Of a stretch of DNA of 52,975 bases, positions 52,082 to 52,975 are shown piece by piece (positions within the stretch are counted from its first letter, which is position 1; the number at the start of each line of letters is the position of its first letter). The stretch is from Bacilli bacterium (lineage in GTDB: Bacteria > Bacillota_I > Bacilli_A > RF39 > UBA660). The stretch covers positions 1 to 52,975 of the forward strand of contig JAVXDN010000001.1 of NCBI GenBank assembly GCA_036658935.1. Direction: 5' to 3'. Both the position numbers and the translations under genes were made by a program. A model generated the notes under the pieces. That model made no database searches, was not told the DNA's origin, and saw only the letters and a program-made list of their open reading frames with translations.

Positions 52082-52975
52082 ATGATTATTAAAGATAATA
52101 AAGAATTAAAACAAAAGGATTTTATAAATGAGAAAGAATTACAAAATTATTTTGAAAAAAATCTTTCTAAAATTCTTGATTTTCAGTTTATTGATACAGA
52201 ATTTGCAGTTGGTAATTTTAGAATAGATACATTAGCTTTTGATAACGAGACAAATGCATTTAGAATTTTAGAATATAAGAATATAAGAAGCCGTAGTTTA
52301 GTTGATCAGGGCTATACTTATTTAAAGTTATTACTTGAGAGAAAAGCAGATTTTATATTAAAATATAACGAAAAGACTAATTCCAATTTAAGAGTTAACG
52401 ATGTAGATTGGACTCAATCTAGAATTGTATTTGTGTCTCCAAGTTACACTGAATATCAGTTAAATGCAACAGATTTTAAAAATATTCCTTTTGATTTAAT
52501 TAGAGTAACAAAATATGAAAATGATATAGTTGATGTGGATTTTATAAAAAAATATAGCAATGTTAATGTTAATGAGTTTATGACTGACTCAAAGCAAAAG
52601 GAAGTTAATCAAGAAGTTGTAGTATATACTGAAGAAGATCATTTAAGTAAATTACCAGATAATATAAGAAATTTATATGAATCACTTAAGAGTGAAATAT
52701 TAGAATTAGATGATATAGATATAGTTGTGCAAAAACATTATATTTCATTTAAGGGTAGAACGAACATAATTGATGTAGTACTAAATAATAGTAAATTAAA
52801 AATATATATTAATATGAAAAAAGGAACGTTAGAGGATTATATGAATATAGCCAAAGATATTTCTAGTCTTGGCCATTTGGGCAATGGAGATTATGAAATC
52901 GATGTATTTAATGTTGATGATATTTATAAAGTAATTCCTTTAATTAAACAATCAATTATTAAAAATAAGAAATAA
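52082..52975 (+). CDS. PD-(D/E)xK nuclease-like (NucS/DUF91-type N-domain) protein with DUF5655-like C-domain
   Basis: FRIDTLAFDNETNAFRILEYKN fits a D...E-x-K nuclease core. The C-terminal half resembles DUF5655 as I recall it. The stop is the last codon of the window. Confidence 0.45.
   Translation: MIIKDNKELKQKDFINEKELQNYFEKNLSKILDFQFIDTEFAVGNFRIDTLAFDNETNAFRILEYKNIRSRSLVDQGYTYLKLLLERKADFILKYNEKTNSNLRVNDVDWTQSRIVFVSPSYTEYQLNATDFKNIPFDLIRVTKYENDIVDVDFIKKYSNVNVNEFMTDSKQKEVNQEVVVYTEEDHLSKLPDNIRNLYESLKSEILELDDIDIVVQKHYISFKGRTNIIDVVLNNSKLKIYINMKKGTLEDYMNIAKDISSLGHLGNGDYEIDVFNVDDIYKVIPLIKQSIIKNKK

Noticed and set aside
1-52975. Search for rRNA, tRNA, CRISPR arrays, IS elements, integrases and prophage genes
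   Set aside because: No intergenic region is long or structured enough for these. The largest are 369, 220, 200 and 179 bp. No regularly spaced repeats are present, and no transposase- or integrase-like translation appears in the six-frame track.

Overview
This window is an origin-proximal chromosomal segment of a very AT-rich Bacillota genome. By eye the GC content is under 30%. The spoVG, yabP, yabQ and divIC genes suggest an endospore-forming lineage. Coding is dense, with about 55 genes. I saw no rRNA, tRNA, CRISPR array, transposase or integrase. Positions 1-29.4 kb are core housekeeping: mnmE-mnmG-rsmG, spoVG-yabPQ-divIC-tilS-ftsH, parAB-mscS-DUF951-abgT-ychF and rpsF-ssb-rpsR. A minus-strand block follows (yugP-like peptidase, cysS, clpC-like, yfcC-like, lysS, dusB, a repeat-domain surface protein), then rplM-rpsI. 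Positions 29.5-38 kb are semi-accessory: an orphan ABC-exporter-like protein with fully degenerate ATPase motifs, an Abi_2 (AbiD/F-type) abortive-infection gene abutting htrA, a lipid kinase, and a split BcrAD/BadFG activase + DUF2229/HgdB-like operon. The most interesting part is a roughly 13.5 kb envelope-acylation island at 38.2-51.6 kb, which holds three modules. (i) An HHxxxDG condensation-like acyltransferase with a zinc-ribbon membrane protein. (ii) An ECF sigma / anti-sigma / lipoprotein / MBOAT / DHHW operon. (iii) Divergent from it, a non-canonical Dlt-like operon: P-type ATPase, adenylating enzyme, carrier protein, MBOAT, SGNH/DltD-like protein and a dedicated Sfp-type PPTase. In that operon the adenylating enzyme appears to lack the alpha-amino-binding Asp. 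The ATPase lacks canonical cation-site residues and is translationally coupled to the adenylase. All calls rest on motif recognition by eye in the supplied translations and on manual inspection of intergenic DNA. No database searches were run.
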